Shown here piece by piece: positions 1-9,443 of a stretch of DNA of 64,000 bases. The stretch is taken from assembly GCA_040769065.1 (NCBI GenBank), contig JAXGLU010000001.1:2783556-2847555 (forward strand), read 5' to 3'. The position numbers and the translations under genes were made by a program. A model generated the notes under the pieces. It was not told the DNA's origin, searched no databases, and saw only the letters and a list, made by a program, of their open reading frames with translations. The DNA comes from Bacteroidales bacterium. Its GTDB lineage: Bacteria; Bacteroidota; Bacteroidia; Bacteroidales; VadinHA17. The first letter of the stretch is position 1. The number at the start of each line of letters is the position of its first letter.

Positions 1-666
1 CTTCCTTACAAGAGGAGTTACATTGTAAGTGACAGCCAGTGATCTTTTGTCAAACTGGGAAACGGCAGGAACAAGCACATTTCTGCCGGCTTTTGTTCCA
101 TTTATATAAATTTCGTGATATCCGAGGGAATTAACATGAAGTAAGATCAAGCCTTCAGCATCGGCAAGCTCGAATGTTTTTCGCAATTGAGGGCTTATTC
201 CAAGGTCTAGATTGTCTTTCATGCCAATGTAGTCTGAATCCCAGTCATCCTTTTCAAGCAGGCCGATACTGAAGAAGGATGAATTGCTCCATTCAGATAC
301 CCTGTCCTTGTCGTCCCAGACTCTCACTTTCCAGTAACAAACAGAGCGGGATATCAGATCTTTCCCTTCATAGGGAACCAGAACACTCCTGTCGGAAATG
401 ATCTTCCCTGAATTCCACAGATCGCAGGCTTCCTCATTAAGTTTTTCTTCTGAAGTTGCAGCCAGTATCTGGTATGCATTCTGCGATGCCCCGCTTTCCG
501 GGGTGATGATCTTCCAGCTGAGACATGGCTTATCGGTATCAATACCTGAAGGCTCAATAAGGTTTTCGCAAGTCAGACCGGAAACAACAGGACCCTGATA
601 CCTATTGTTACATCCGGTAATGTACAATGTAGCAGTTATCTGAAGTATTACCAGGATTCTTCTCAC
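1..666 (-). CDS. alpha-L-rhamnosidase (GH78-like), N-terminal part; gene runs off the left edge
   Basis: Absent from the ORF track because no stop lies in the window. Manual translation of the reverse strand from GTG (666-664) gives 222 uninterrupted codons. It starts VRRILVILQITATLYITGC (lipoprotein-type signal). It continues ...LTCENLIEPSGIDTDKPCLSWKI...QNAYQILAATSEEKL...LWNSGKIISDRSVLVPYEGKDLISRSVCYWKVRVWDDKDRVSEWS...LLHVNSLGYHEIYINGTKAG. I associate this pattern with the N-terminal domains of bacterial GH78 rhamnosidases. Confidence 0.7.
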   Translation of the reverse strand, partial: MRRILVILQITATLYITGCNNRYQGPVVSGLTCENLIEPSGIDTDKPCLSWKIITPESGASQNAYQILAATSEEKLNEEACDLWNSGKIISDRSVLVPYEGKDLISRSVCYWKVRVWDDKDRVSEWSNSSFFSIGLLEKDDWDSDYIGMKDNLDLGISPQLRKTFELADAEGLILLHVNSLGYHEIYINGTKAGRNVLVPAVSQFDKRSLAVTYNVTPLVRK

Positions 667-841
667 AAGCAATATATTTAATGTCCAAATATGATCATTT
701 TTTCAAACAAATAAACATGGATTATTTCAGACCTTGATCATATTTTAGATATTTTTTCTTATATACTTCATTTCTGTTACGAGTTTTTCCAAAAGAGCAT
801 TCAGCGATTTATTGTAAATTTGAATCAATAGTTGCAGCAAT

Positions 842-1765
842 ATGAGCCTTATAGGAAGAACCGCCATATTATTCTTATTGTTTTCACTTATGGTCTCACT
901 TCATGCCCGGGAAGGCCTTAATCCCGGGAACGATTCATCTGAAGTTGACAAGAAACTCCTGACCGCCGGAATTGTTGGCGGAAGTGCAGTTTATTTGGGG
1001 GCGACAGCATATCTGTTTCATTCTGTCTATGAAGATGATAGCTTTGAGCCATTCCATTTTTACAACGATCGTCGAAGCTTTCTCCAGGTTGATAAATTAC
1101 AGCATGCTTTTGGAACCTACGCAGCAACATACGCCGGATACAATTTCTTGCATTCAGCAGGTTTAAACAGAGAGAAATCCCTGTTTTACAGTGGATCTCT
1201 CGGCTTTCTCCTGGCAGCGCCAAAAGAAATCTTTGACGGTTTTTCAGGCGGAACAGGATTCTCTGTATTTGATTTTACCGCAAATCTGATCGGATCAGCG
1301 TTTTTTACCGGCCAGGAGTTGCTTTTCAGGGACCAGATCATGAAGATTAAGTTCAGCTTCCATAGATCCGAATATGCAGAACAATCAAACGGATATCTTG
1401 GCAGAAATATCCTGGAAAGCTATTTTGATGACTATAACGGACATACATACTGGTTAAGCATTAATGCAAACAAGCTGATATTTAAAGACAAACTGCCTCC
1501 CTGGTTGAATATTGCCGCAGGATACAGTGCAAACGGAATGTTTGGTGCTTTTGAAAACATTGATTCGTACCGTTCAGTAATAATTCCTGAGACCGAAAGG
1601 TACAGGCAATACCTGATTTCTCTCGATGTTGACTGGCCGAAAATAAATACCCGGTCAGGCTTTTTAAATACTATGTGTAAGTTGCTGGTATTTATTAAAT
1701 TACCTTTTCCCGCCCTTGAATTCAACTCAAAAGGAGAATTTAAAGGTCATTGGATTTACTTCTGA
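842..1765 (+). CDS. exported protein, DUF2279 (YfiM)-like
   Basis: 307-aa ORF with signal peptide MSLIGRTAILFLLFSLMVSLHA. VDKLQHAFGTYAATY resembles the D-K-x-x-H core I associate with DUF2279. The family call is from memory only. Confidence 0.4.
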   Translation: MSLIGRTAILFLLFSLMVSLHAREGLNPGNDSSEVDKKLLTAGIVGGSAVYLGATAYLFHSVYEDDSFEPFHFYNDRRSFLQVDKLQHAFGTYAATYAGYNFLHSAGLNREKSLFYSGSLGFLLAAPKEIFDGFSGGTGFSVFDFTANLIGSAFFTGQELLFRDQIMKIKFSFHRSEYAEQSNGYLGRNILESYFDDYNGHTYWLSINANKLIFKDKLPPWLNIAAGYSANGMFGAFENIDSYRSVIIPETERYRQYLISLDVDWPKINTRSGFLNTMCKLLVFIKLPFPALEFNSKGEFKGHWIYF

Positions 1766-1797
1766 ACTCCCTTAACTGATTTATATTTTAACAGCAT

Positions 1798-3576
1798 ATG
1801 TATATAAAAAAAATTCCGGTAATCTTATTCCTGTTTTTTCTGTTCGCCCGGATGAATGCACAACTTCTTCCGGGATTCAAATTGTCCGGATATTTCGGCG
1901 AGCAACAGTTATTAATTGAGGACTCTGCCAGGGAGACCAAGATATTAATCAATGCGCCGGAACATGGATTTAAAGAAAAAGACAGGGTTATGTTGATCTT
2001 CTATGCTCTCCCAAACGGAAGCACAATTGAACAAACCATTGGAAAGACATTGAAGAAAGGTGATGACTGGCATTACGACATTCAGCATATCGGGGCGCAG
2101 ACCAGATTATTAAGGGGCATTCTGAAGGAACGGACAATTGTGATCGCTTACCTTGAATCGAAACAGAAAAGCTGGCCTGCCTGGAAGGCCAACATGCCGG
2201 ATCATGGTGAAAAGATAAAGGACATTGTAAATAATGTAAAGGAATTATTTGTTCAATGGGATCCTGAGATTGTCCTGAATGGACATAGCGGAGGCGGACG
2301 TTTTATTTTCAGTTATATCGACGCTGTTGAATCCATACCCTCCGATATAAAACGGATAGCTTTTCTCGACAGCAGTTACGGGTATGATGATAGTGCACAT
2401 GGCCCTAAACTTGCAGAATGGCTTAAACAGGACAATGAGAGATATCTCTGCACACTTGCTTATAATGACAGTGTGGTTATTTACAACGGGAAACCCCTTG
2501 TGTCTCCTGAAGGTGGAACATGGTATCGCAGCAAATTGATGAAAAACTTTCTGTCAGGGCAATTTAAATTAAAAGAATATGACAGAGACTCTCTCCTGTG
2601 GGTTAGGAATCGATCAGGAAGGATAGAGTTCATCCTTAAAAATAATCCATGCGGGGAGATATTTCATACCACGCAGGTTGAGCTGAACGGATTTATTCAC
2701 AGTACATTAAGCGGCACGAGATGTTCTCAGAAAGGGTATTCCTATTATGGTAAAAGAGCATATTCCGGGCTCATAACCGATTCAGTTGCTGTCCCGGTAA
2801 GACGTCTTAATATACCCGCAAATACAGGAAAGGCAGAGCCGGGTTCAGAATTTATGCACAGAATATCCGGCCTCAGCCTGGAGGAAAGAGAAGAAGAAAT
2901 TTACAAGGCTCTTGCAGGAGGAAATATTCCCCGGTTTCTCAGGAGCACTGTGACACTTTCAGGAAGTTTTTATGACTCTGAAGGCGTTTCACACAGCGTG
3001 ATTTATGAGGCAATGCCCGATTATCTTTCAGTTGGCACCGACGATGATTATTGCCGCATACCAATGAATCCATATACGGCACAGAAGCTGGCTGACAAGT
3101 TTGGAGGCTCATTACTGACTTCGGTCATGAGCGATCATATTTATGAAATGGCTGAAATAAAAATAAAACCTTTTAATTATTTGCCTGTAGGTAATGCTAA
3201 TGAGACGGTCCAAAAGTTCAAAGAGCATAACGATCAAATTGACAGACAAATAAGTGAAGCAGGCGGAAGAAAAGGACAGCTTGTTGCAGGTATAAAGAAA
3301 GATGTTATTCTTTCGCGCGACATAGCTCTGAAGCCTGGCAAGGTTGTTATTTATGGATGGCATAATCCGGGAGGTAAGCCCATACAGCCGGTATACAGCG
3401 GACATATCTGGTGGTATGTCGATTACAGCCACGGTATAAGGCTTGTAAACAACCAGGTTATAATTGATGGCAAGCCAGCTTTATTGTCGGAAATTTTACA
3501 GGATAAAATACTTTACAGGATTTTCAGCAACGAAAATTCACCCATGGAAAAACCTTACTATTCAATACCGGAATGA
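1798..3576 (+). CDS. secreted hypothetical protein with alpha/beta-hydrolase-like N-terminal half
   Basis: 592-aa ORF with signal peptide MYIKKIPVILFLFFLFARMNAQ. It has a nucleophile-elbow-like G-H-S-G-G motif (LNGHSGGGRF). The C-terminal half is unrecognised. Confidence 0.4.
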   Translation: MYIKKIPVILFLFFLFARMNAQLLPGFKLSGYFGEQQLLIEDSARETKILINAPEHGFKEKDRVMLIFYALPNGSTIEQTIGKTLKKGDDWHYDIQHIGAQTRLLRGILKERTIVIAYLESKQKSWPAWKANMPDHGEKIKDIVNNVKELFVQWDPEIVLNGHSGGGRFIFSYIDAVESIPSDIKRIAFLDSSYGYDDSAHGPKLAEWLKQDNERYLCTLAYNDSVVIYNGKPLVSPEGGTWYRSKLMKNFLSGQFKLKEYDRDSLLWVRNRSGRIEFILKNNPCGEIFHTTQVELNGFIHSTLSGTRCSQKGYSYYGKRAYSGLITDSVAVPVRRLNIPANTGKAEPGSEFMHRISGLSLEEREEEIYKALAGGNIPRFLRSTVTLSGSFYDSEGVSHSVIYEAMPDYLSVGTDDDYCRIPMNPYTAQKLADKFGGSLLTSVMSDHIYEMAEIKIKPFNYLPVGNANETVQKFKEHNDQIDRQISEAGGRKGQLVAGIKKDVILSRDIALKPGKVVIYGWHNPGGKPIQPVYSGHIWWYVDYSHGIRLVNNQVIIDGKPALLSEILQDKILYRIFSNENSPMEKPYYSIPE

Positions 3577-3664
3577 ATAATATCAGGACTAATATTCCGG
3601 TTTCTGAATAATGATTATTATCACATCCGGCCTGTTGCTTCAGGGATTTTCATGTCCTGCCGGG

Positions 3665-5338
3665 TTACCATGTATTGGGATTGCGCCGGCCGTAATTCGG
3701 AATGCTGATCCTTGCTTGTCGCTTCTGAATTTTTTTCTTGATTGAAGTGAACTCTGCCGTGCGGTATTCTCCCATATATAATGTTCCGGATATTGTATCA
3801 TTTGTCAATTCGCCTGCAAAGATGAAAGGTATTGAGTCGCCGGGAGCAGTGTATGTACTCTGCAGTCTAACCTTACTGCCTTCAATGGTGCCTGCAATTT
3901 CCTGCCTTGAAAATCCACTCAGATGAATACCCTGTATCCAGTTGCCCTCTTGTTTGTCAAGCAAAAGTTCATGTTTTGCTTCACTATTATAAAACTTGAT
4001 GATAACATCCCAGCGTCCTGTAATGTCATCTGCCGGTTTTTCCATTTCATTGACCAGCGGAGTATGTTTTTGCTTAAGAATTTTGCGGATACGCTCTGCT
4101 ACTGTCTTTTCTTCTCCGGGCTGCATCATCTGTGCATTTACAGATATCGAAGTAGTGCCGGCCGAGAGATCTGAACGGCATCCTATGGCAATCCGCGGCT
4201 TGTTTTTTGCAAAATCTTCAGCTACCTGCTCGCCTGTAATATTGAGCGCCTTTGGATCCCATATGATTGTCATTGAGGCACTTCGGTTATCAACTCCTTC
4301 GGGTTCACGTATTTCACATCTGACGCTCTTGATATCGGAAATCTGCTCAGAAATATATTTCAGCCATGACATCCATGTTTTTTCTTTAGCTGCGTGATCA
4401 GTTCTGACCCATGTTTCCACAGCAGCAAGCATCCCTATTTGTTCCTCACTGTCGACCTTGTTATCACGTCCGGGACCGTGATGAGGTGAACTGGCCTGCC
4501 ATGCAGACAGCAGGATTTCCTTTTTCCCAAGCAGAAGCCCCGCACTCTGGGGGCCACGGATAGCCTTGCCTCCACTGTAGGCAACGATAGTGGCTCCCTT
4601 TTGCAAATGGATATTCGGAATTGTCAAATTTTCTGCTGCAGCGTCGACAAATACCGGGATATTCGAACGCCTGGCAATAGCTACGACATTTTCGGCAGAC
4701 AATGGCCCTTCATAGTACCTTGGAGACCCGGTAAACAGAAAAATCATAGCCGTGCGACTGTTAATGGCAGATGACAGTTCCTCAGGAGAATTGACAGTTA
4801 TTATCCTGGCTCCGGTATTTCTGATAGCATGATCATAAAATATGCGGGAATATGCCGGGATTATTACTTCAGTCTTTTCAAAACCGGTAAGATCAGGTAT
4901 GCGGATAAGCTTTTCCGGATTACCTCCTGTGATACATGCGGTAGTCACATGTTTTATTCCGGCAGCGCACCCTGAAGATACCATTCCCCATTCAGCACCC
5001 GTTATTTCCCCAAGACGCCTGCCAACAGCCATAGCCAACTCATCAAGCTGAACGTATGAAACTGCAGCAAATTCCATTGCCCTGCGAACTTCAGGTAATT
5101 CGGTCGAACCTCCTATCGCAGTAAATGTACCACGGCAGTTGATAACAGGTTCAACACCTATTGACCTGAAAATATCGGGACCGATACTAAGAGCACCAGC
5201 CTCAGCCGAACCTGGAAGCGGAGTCCCGGTATTTAATTTCCCTGCATAAAAGGGGTCATTGATTATTGAATCGAACGAATAAAGTCCTCCTGCAATGGGG
5301 ATAGCTGATAAGTTTTTGATCATTGCCCTGCGTTTCAT
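3665..5338 (-). CDS. SelA-like fold-type-I PLP-dependent enzyme with TAT-type signal
   Basis: 557 aa. The N-terminus MKRRAMIKNLSAIPIAGG is twin-arginine-like. The core resembles L-seryl-tRNA(Sec) selenium transferase-related proteins. The probable PLP-lysine context is AYSGGKAIRGPQSAG. A ~130-aa C-terminal extension follows. Confidence 0.55.
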   Translation of the reverse strand: MKRRAMIKNLSAIPIAGGLYSFDSIINDPFYAGKLNTGTPLPGSAEAGALSIGPDIFRSIGVEPVINCRGTFTAIGGSTELPEVRRAMEFAAVSYVQLDELAMAVGRRLGEITGAEWGMVSSGCAAGIKHVTTACITGGNPEKLIRIPDLTGFEKTEVIIPAYSRIFYDHAIRNTGARIITVNSPEELSSAINSRTAMIFLFTGSPRYYEGPLSAENVVAIARRSNIPVFVDAAAENLTIPNIHLQKGATIVAYSGGKAIRGPQSAGLLLGKKEILLSAWQASSPHHGPGRDNKVDSEEQIGMLAAVETWVRTDHAAKEKTWMSWLKYISEQISDIKSVRCEIREPEGVDNRSASMTIIWDPKALNITGEQVAEDFAKNKPRIAIGCRSDLSAGTTSISVNAQMMQPGEEKTVAERIRKILKQKHTPLVNEMEKPADDITGRWDVIIKFYNSEAKHELLLDKQEGNWIQGIHLSGFSRQEIAGTIEGSKVRLQSTYTAPGDSIPFIFAGELTNDTISGTLYMGEYRTAEFTSIKKKIQKRQARISIPNYGRRNPNTW

Positions 5339-5485
5339 AAGTGAAATTTCATTAATTTGCTGACAGTTAAGTATTATATTGGTTTAATTATCCGTACTTC
5401 AGAGGTATTAAGGCTTATCATCTGTTGCAGACCGGGAATGCCGGTCTAAATATAGGAATTACGCAGATAAATTGCAGACATATCA

Positions 5486-6784
5486 ATGTACAAAATACCC
5501 AGATTGAAAAAGAGGAATGCATATTTCATAATCCGGAAGAAAAGCCTGAAGATGGCAATAACTGTTGGCATCTTCATTTTCATGGCGGGAATTGATCTGG
5601 CCGGACAGGTTTACGGGTGTAAAGATGTATATGCCATCAACTATGACCCTGCAGTTACTATAAATGACGGGAGCTGTGTGTATGAAGACGTTATTGCTGA
5701 TCCTGTCGATTCATTCGTTATGAGTGAAATTGTAGTTGAGACATCCGGACTTATCATCTGGGATGACAAGATATGGACACACAACGACAGCGACGATAAT
5801 AATTTATATGCTATTGACACACTCAATGGAAGTATTATCATGTCATACCGGATGGAGGGGCTTCAGAACACCGACTGGGAGGAAATTTCCCAGGATGATA
5901 GCTACATCTATATCGGTGATACGGGGAACAACCGGAATGGGAACCGGACAGATTTGAAAATCCTGAGAATAGATAAGAATAGCATACTGGCTGGAGACCC
6001 TCAGGCTGATACAATATCATTTTCATATTCCGGGCAGAGTGATCTGTCTCCTTCAGGTGCGAATAATACCGATTTTGACTGTGAAGCATTCATTGTTTCA
6101 TCAGACAGTATCTATCTTTTTACAAAACAATGGAAAAGCTTTAAAACGGCAGTATATTCAATTCCAAAGATACCGGGCAGTTATACTGCACGATTCGTGG
6201 AAGAATATGATATTCAGGGTATGATTACCGGCAGTGTATTTCTTGAAACAAAAAAACTGGTTGTGCTTTGCGGATATGATAATACCTTACAGCCATTTCT
6301 ATGGCTGTTATATGACTTCTCCAAACCATTTTTCTTCAGCGGAAACAAGAGAAAGATGTTTATTTCGTTGCCGTTTCACCAGGTGGAAGGAATAACTACA
6401 TCGGACGGATTAAAATACTATGTATCGAATGAGTCTTATGTTCTGGAATCTTTCATAGACATTCCTCCCAAGCTTCATGTTTTTGACCTGAAGCCGTTTA
6501 TTAAAGATTACCTGGAATCATTTATTTCAGAGGTGCCTGTAACTGAACCGGCTGATTTTTACAAGATTTACCCCATACCCTCCGATCATTTTCTGACTGT
6601 AAAGAGCGATCCGGGAAGCCTTCCTTCTTCCTATGAAATAATCAATCAACTGGGGCAGACTGTTCTAACAGGAAGTTTCACAGAATCGGACACAGTTATC
6701 GATATTTCGCGATTACCGGAAGGCGTCTATATACTTAATTTGGGTAAAACCCGGAAGCAGTCTTTCAAGGTAATCAGAAGGTGA
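5486..6784 (+). CDS. T9SS-sorted secreted protein (function unknown)
   Basis: 432 aa. The C-terminal ~80 aa (YKIYPIPSDHFLTVKS...GVYILNLGKTRKQSFKVIRR) look like a Por/T9SS C-terminal sorting domain. The real start is possibly at 5552 (MAITVGIFIFMAG...). Confidence 0.6.
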   Translation: MYKIPRLKKRNAYFIIRKKSLKMAITVGIFIFMAGIDLAGQVYGCKDVYAINYDPAVTINDGSCVYEDVIADPVDSFVMSEIVVETSGLIIWDDKIWTHNDSDDNNLYAIDTLNGSIIMSYRMEGLQNTDWEEISQDDSYIYIGDTGNNRNGNRTDLKILRIDKNSILAGDPQADTISFSYSGQSDLSPSGANNTDFDCEAFIVSSDSIYLFTKQWKSFKTAVYSIPKIPGSYTARFVEEYDIQGMITGSVFLETKKLVVLCGYDNTLQPFLWLLYDFSKPFFFSGNKRKMFISLPFHQVEGITTSDGLKYYVSNESYVLESFIDIPPKLHVFDLKPFIKDYLESFISEVPVTEPADFYKIYPIPSDHFLTVKSDPGSLPSSYEIINQLGQTVLTGSFTESDTVIDISRLPEGVYILNLGKTRKQSFKVIRR

Positions 6785-6788
6785 AGGA

Positions 6789-7727
6789 TTAATTCCTGAT
6801 CAGGCCGGCAAGCCATTTCAGATAATCTGATGTTATATCTGATGATGAAGCTTTTATGCTCTTTCTGATCGCTTTTATCACATCCTTTTTCTCTTTTGAT
6901 GGGTATCCTGCGGTCGAAGCATTTGCAGCAATATCGAACAGAGCCTGTTTCGCCCCGTTTTGTGCCACAGGATCCTGGTCTGCCATCAGGTCCGCAAGGG
7001 GTTGAATGATCTGGGCACCAAGGCTGGCGGCAGCATTAATGCACTGGCTCCTTGCCATTTCATTTCTGAAGTGTAATCCGCGTATCACATATTGTGGATC
7101 GGTATCGAGATCGATGATACAAATGTTCCTGAATTTTGCGAACTGATTTTCCTTCTCGGCATGGTTTCCCTGAAGGCCGATATATCCGGTAAATGGCTTC
7201 CCTTCCATGGATTTTACCGTGTCGATGTCAGCTCTTGTGGTAATTTCGCCATTTATTGAAACAGTTACAAGGTTTCTGTCGCATGATATTTCCATTTTAT
7301 ACCATCTTCCGGTTGTTTCGTCGGGTCTGTTTGATACAGCCACATGCCCGTACAGGGATCCGGTGCAATGCAGGTCGTCACGCCATGGTGTCCAGGGTGC
7401 AAGAAGCTGAACCTCAAATCCCGATCCTGGTACTGAAGGATCGCGTCTGATAAACACCCCGCTGTTACCCACTTCCGACAGTAAAAATTCAAGCCTGAGT
7501 ATGAAATTTCCATACTGTTTGATTGTGTACATATCGTTGCCTGATCCAAAGCTCCTTGTTACGAGTTCCCCGTTTATTACCTCAAAACTGCCTGGTTTAT
7601 CGGGGCGCCAGTCCGAAAGATCCCGGCCATTGAATAATTGCATGCAATCCCCGGAATTCTGTGCACCGGCTATAAAAGGCAGTAACAGTGCTGCAAGAGT
7701 AAGAATTCTGATCTTTTTCATCCGCAT
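6789..7727 (-). CDS. DUF1080 (3-keto-disaccharide-hydrolase family) domain protein with C-terminal helical-repeat region
   Basis: The track ORF 6789..7802 reads through the upstream cassette. The real start is most likely MRMKKIRILTLAALLLPFIAGAQ at 7727 (or 7721). Family motifs: LFNGRDLSDWRP...FEVINGELV...GNFILRLEF...NSGVFIRR...GFEVQLL...GYIGLQGNH. Confidence 0.7.
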   Translation of the reverse strand: MRMKKIRILTLAALLLPFIAGAQNSGDCMQLFNGRDLSDWRPDKPGSFEVINGELVTRSFGSGNDMYTIKQYGNFILRLEFLLSEVGNSGVFIRRDPSVPGSGFEVQLLAPWTPWRDDLHCTGSLYGHVAVSNRPDETTGRWYKMEISCDRNLVTVSINGEITTRADIDTVKSMEGKPFTGYIGLQGNHAEKENQFAKFRNICIIDLDTDPQYVIRGLHFRNEMARSQCINAAASLGAQIIQPLADLMADQDPVAQNGAKQALFDIAANASTAGYPSKEKKDVIKAIRKSIKASSSDITSDYLKWLAGLIRN

Positions 7728-7817
7728 ATTATTTATTTTAAAGGTCGAATGGGACCCACATGTTTGAAAATTATATACATACGTGTTTGTGTTTGAGTTC
7801 AATCATGTGGGTTTCAT
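7728..7817 (-). promoter_or_regulatory. start-codon-abutting palindromic cassette, copy C1 (function unknown; candidate promoter/operator/leader module or MITE-like element)
   Basis: Reverse strand reads ATGAAACCCACATGATTGAACTCAAACACAAACACGTATGTATATAATTTTCAAACATGTGGGTCCCATTCGACCTTTAAAATAAATAAT followed directly by ATGCGGATGAAAAAG of the DUF1080 gene. Confidence 0.8.
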
Positions 7818-7841
7818 ATTTTTCCAGAAGTGAAGTTCTTA

Positions 7842-9137
7842 TTAAAGAGACAATGACCAGGGCTTCCTGTATTCTCGTTCAAGCAGGTAATCAGCAGCTT
7901 TGTCGCCAATAAACTGTTCCCTGACGGAATCCCACATGAGTTTTCTTTTCAGGCGGAAAGAGATAACAGCCAGATGCATTGGTATTGTCATCTCACGTAC
8001 ATATAACAGGTTGCTTTCGGGTTGTTTTCTTGATTTTACGGCATCTATGAAGTTCTGCTGATGTCCTGGTGAGCGTGGGAGAGTTTTCGGCACTTCATGA
8101 ATATCATTCAGGAACTCATTGTTTATATGTATTGTACGCGTTTCATAATCGCAGGTCAGAGTGCCCTTGTCCCCTTCAAAATGTGCGCCGATATGCATTT
8201 TTTCAGAGCCAGGAACCTCTGGAGGCGTTGTTGTCCAGTAAACATCAAGATCCCTGAACTTAAAATCGGCCTCTATCCATTTAGGGGCATCTGCTATGCC
8301 ATCGAAGGGTCTTTCTCCTCTTGCTTCAACACTGTACAATCCCTTCGGAGCTACAGACATGAACAATATATCAGCTATATGGCACCAGAAGTCGGCAAAG
8401 ACGCCTCCTGAATAATCAAGAAAGTAACGGTATGAACCGTGACAACGGACGGGAGTATATTCCGCCCAAGGAGCAGGCCCAAGCCATAAGTTCCAGTCAA
8501 GAGTGTCCGGGGGGTTCTGATTTGGAGGAAATCCAAGCCCGGGCGACCCGCCTGTTTTCCACAGTCGTACTGTATGTATCTTTCCAAGTATGCCGGCCTG
8601 AATTATTTCAGCAACCCGGTGGAAATTCTCTCCGGCATGGATTTGAGTTCCGAGCTGGAATACAGACTTGTTTTTTACAAGACTGGCAAGCATAGCCTGA
8701 CCTTCTCTGAGAGTGTAAGATAAAGGTTTCTCTCCATAGACATCCTTTCCTGCACTGAAGGCCATAGTCGCTATCAGTGCGTGCCAGTGGTCAGGTGTGG
8801 CACATGCGATGGCATCAATGTCTTTTCTGTCAATTACATGACGGAAGTCGTGATAAATTTCTGCACGGGAGCCGGGATTGATTTTCTGAAGCTGTTTGCG
8901 AGCCTCTTCAACCCTTAATTTATCTAGATCGCAGAGTGCTGCCACCTCGACGTCAGGCAGTGCATTGAACCAGTTCATATGAGCTCTGCCCTGGTTTCCC
9001 AGGCCAATGACAGCCACTCTTACCCTGTCGCTTGGAGCAACACCGGAAACAATACCAGGAATATATTTCATGCCAGCCATTCCCATTGCGGCGGTCTGTA
9101 TGAATTTGCGCCTGCTGATCCCCGACACTTTTCTCAT
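7842..9137 (-). CDS. Gfo/Idh/MocA-family oxidoreductase with TAT signal
   Basis: 431 aa. The TAT signal is MRKVSGISRRKFIQTAAMGMAG. The Rossmann start is RVAVIGLGNQGRAH. The family-typical segment is GKDVYGEKPL. Confidence 0.8.
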   Translation of the reverse strand: MRKVSGISRRKFIQTAAMGMAGMKYIPGIVSGVAPSDRVRVAVIGLGNQGRAHMNWFNALPDVEVAALCDLDKLRVEEARKQLQKINPGSRAEIYHDFRHVIDRKDIDAIACATPDHWHALIATMAFSAGKDVYGEKPLSYTLREGQAMLASLVKNKSVFQLGTQIHAGENFHRVAEIIQAGILGKIHTVRLWKTGGSPGLGFPPNQNPPDTLDWNLWLGPAPWAEYTPVRCHGSYRYFLDYSGGVFADFWCHIADILFMSVAPKGLYSVEARGERPFDGIADAPKWIEADFKFRDLDVYWTTTPPEVPGSEKMHIGAHFEGDKGTLTCDYETRTIHINNEFLNDIHEVPKTLPRSPGHQQNFIDAVKSRKQPESNLLYVREMTIPMHLAVISFRLKRKLMWDSVREQFIGDKAADYLLEREYRKPWSLSL

Positions 9138-9232
9138 CAGTATATAGTTTTTATTTTAACGGTATGATGGAACCCACATGTTTGAAAATTATACACATAC
9201 GTGTTTGTGTATGCAATACATATGGGTTTCAT
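9138..9232 (-). promoter_or_regulatory. start-codon-abutting palindromic cassette, copy C2
   Basis: Reverse strand reads ATGAAACCCATATGTATTGCATACACAAACACGTATGTGTATAATTTTCAAACATGTGGGTTCCATCATACCGTTAAAATAAAAACTATATACTG followed directly by the ATG of the oxidoreductase. Confidence 0.8.
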
Positions 9233-9443
9233 AGGAGGTTAATTAAGGTTACACACCATGAAGATAACAAATTTTGACTAAATCAAATTAGACTACGCCA
9301 TACAGTATATGAAGAATAGTGCTTCCTTTCTGGTGTGAAAGTGATCAATATATGCTGACTAATGGAGAATTCAATAAAATTTACAGTAAAATGAATTAAT
9401 TTGGCATTTTTATTTAGATTAGGAATTGAAATTTGTTTAGTGT

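Noticed and set aside
7728-7817. An ECF-type or sigma70-type promoter inside the cassette: TGAAAC in the left arm with CGTA downstream, or TTGAAT...TATAAT.
   Set aside because: The TGAAAC-to-CGTA spacing is 24-27 nt and CGTA is missing in several copies. The TTGAAT-to-TATAAT spacing is ~22 nt. Neither fits the known spacing rules. Only the -7-like TAATTTTC box is retained as a hypothesis.
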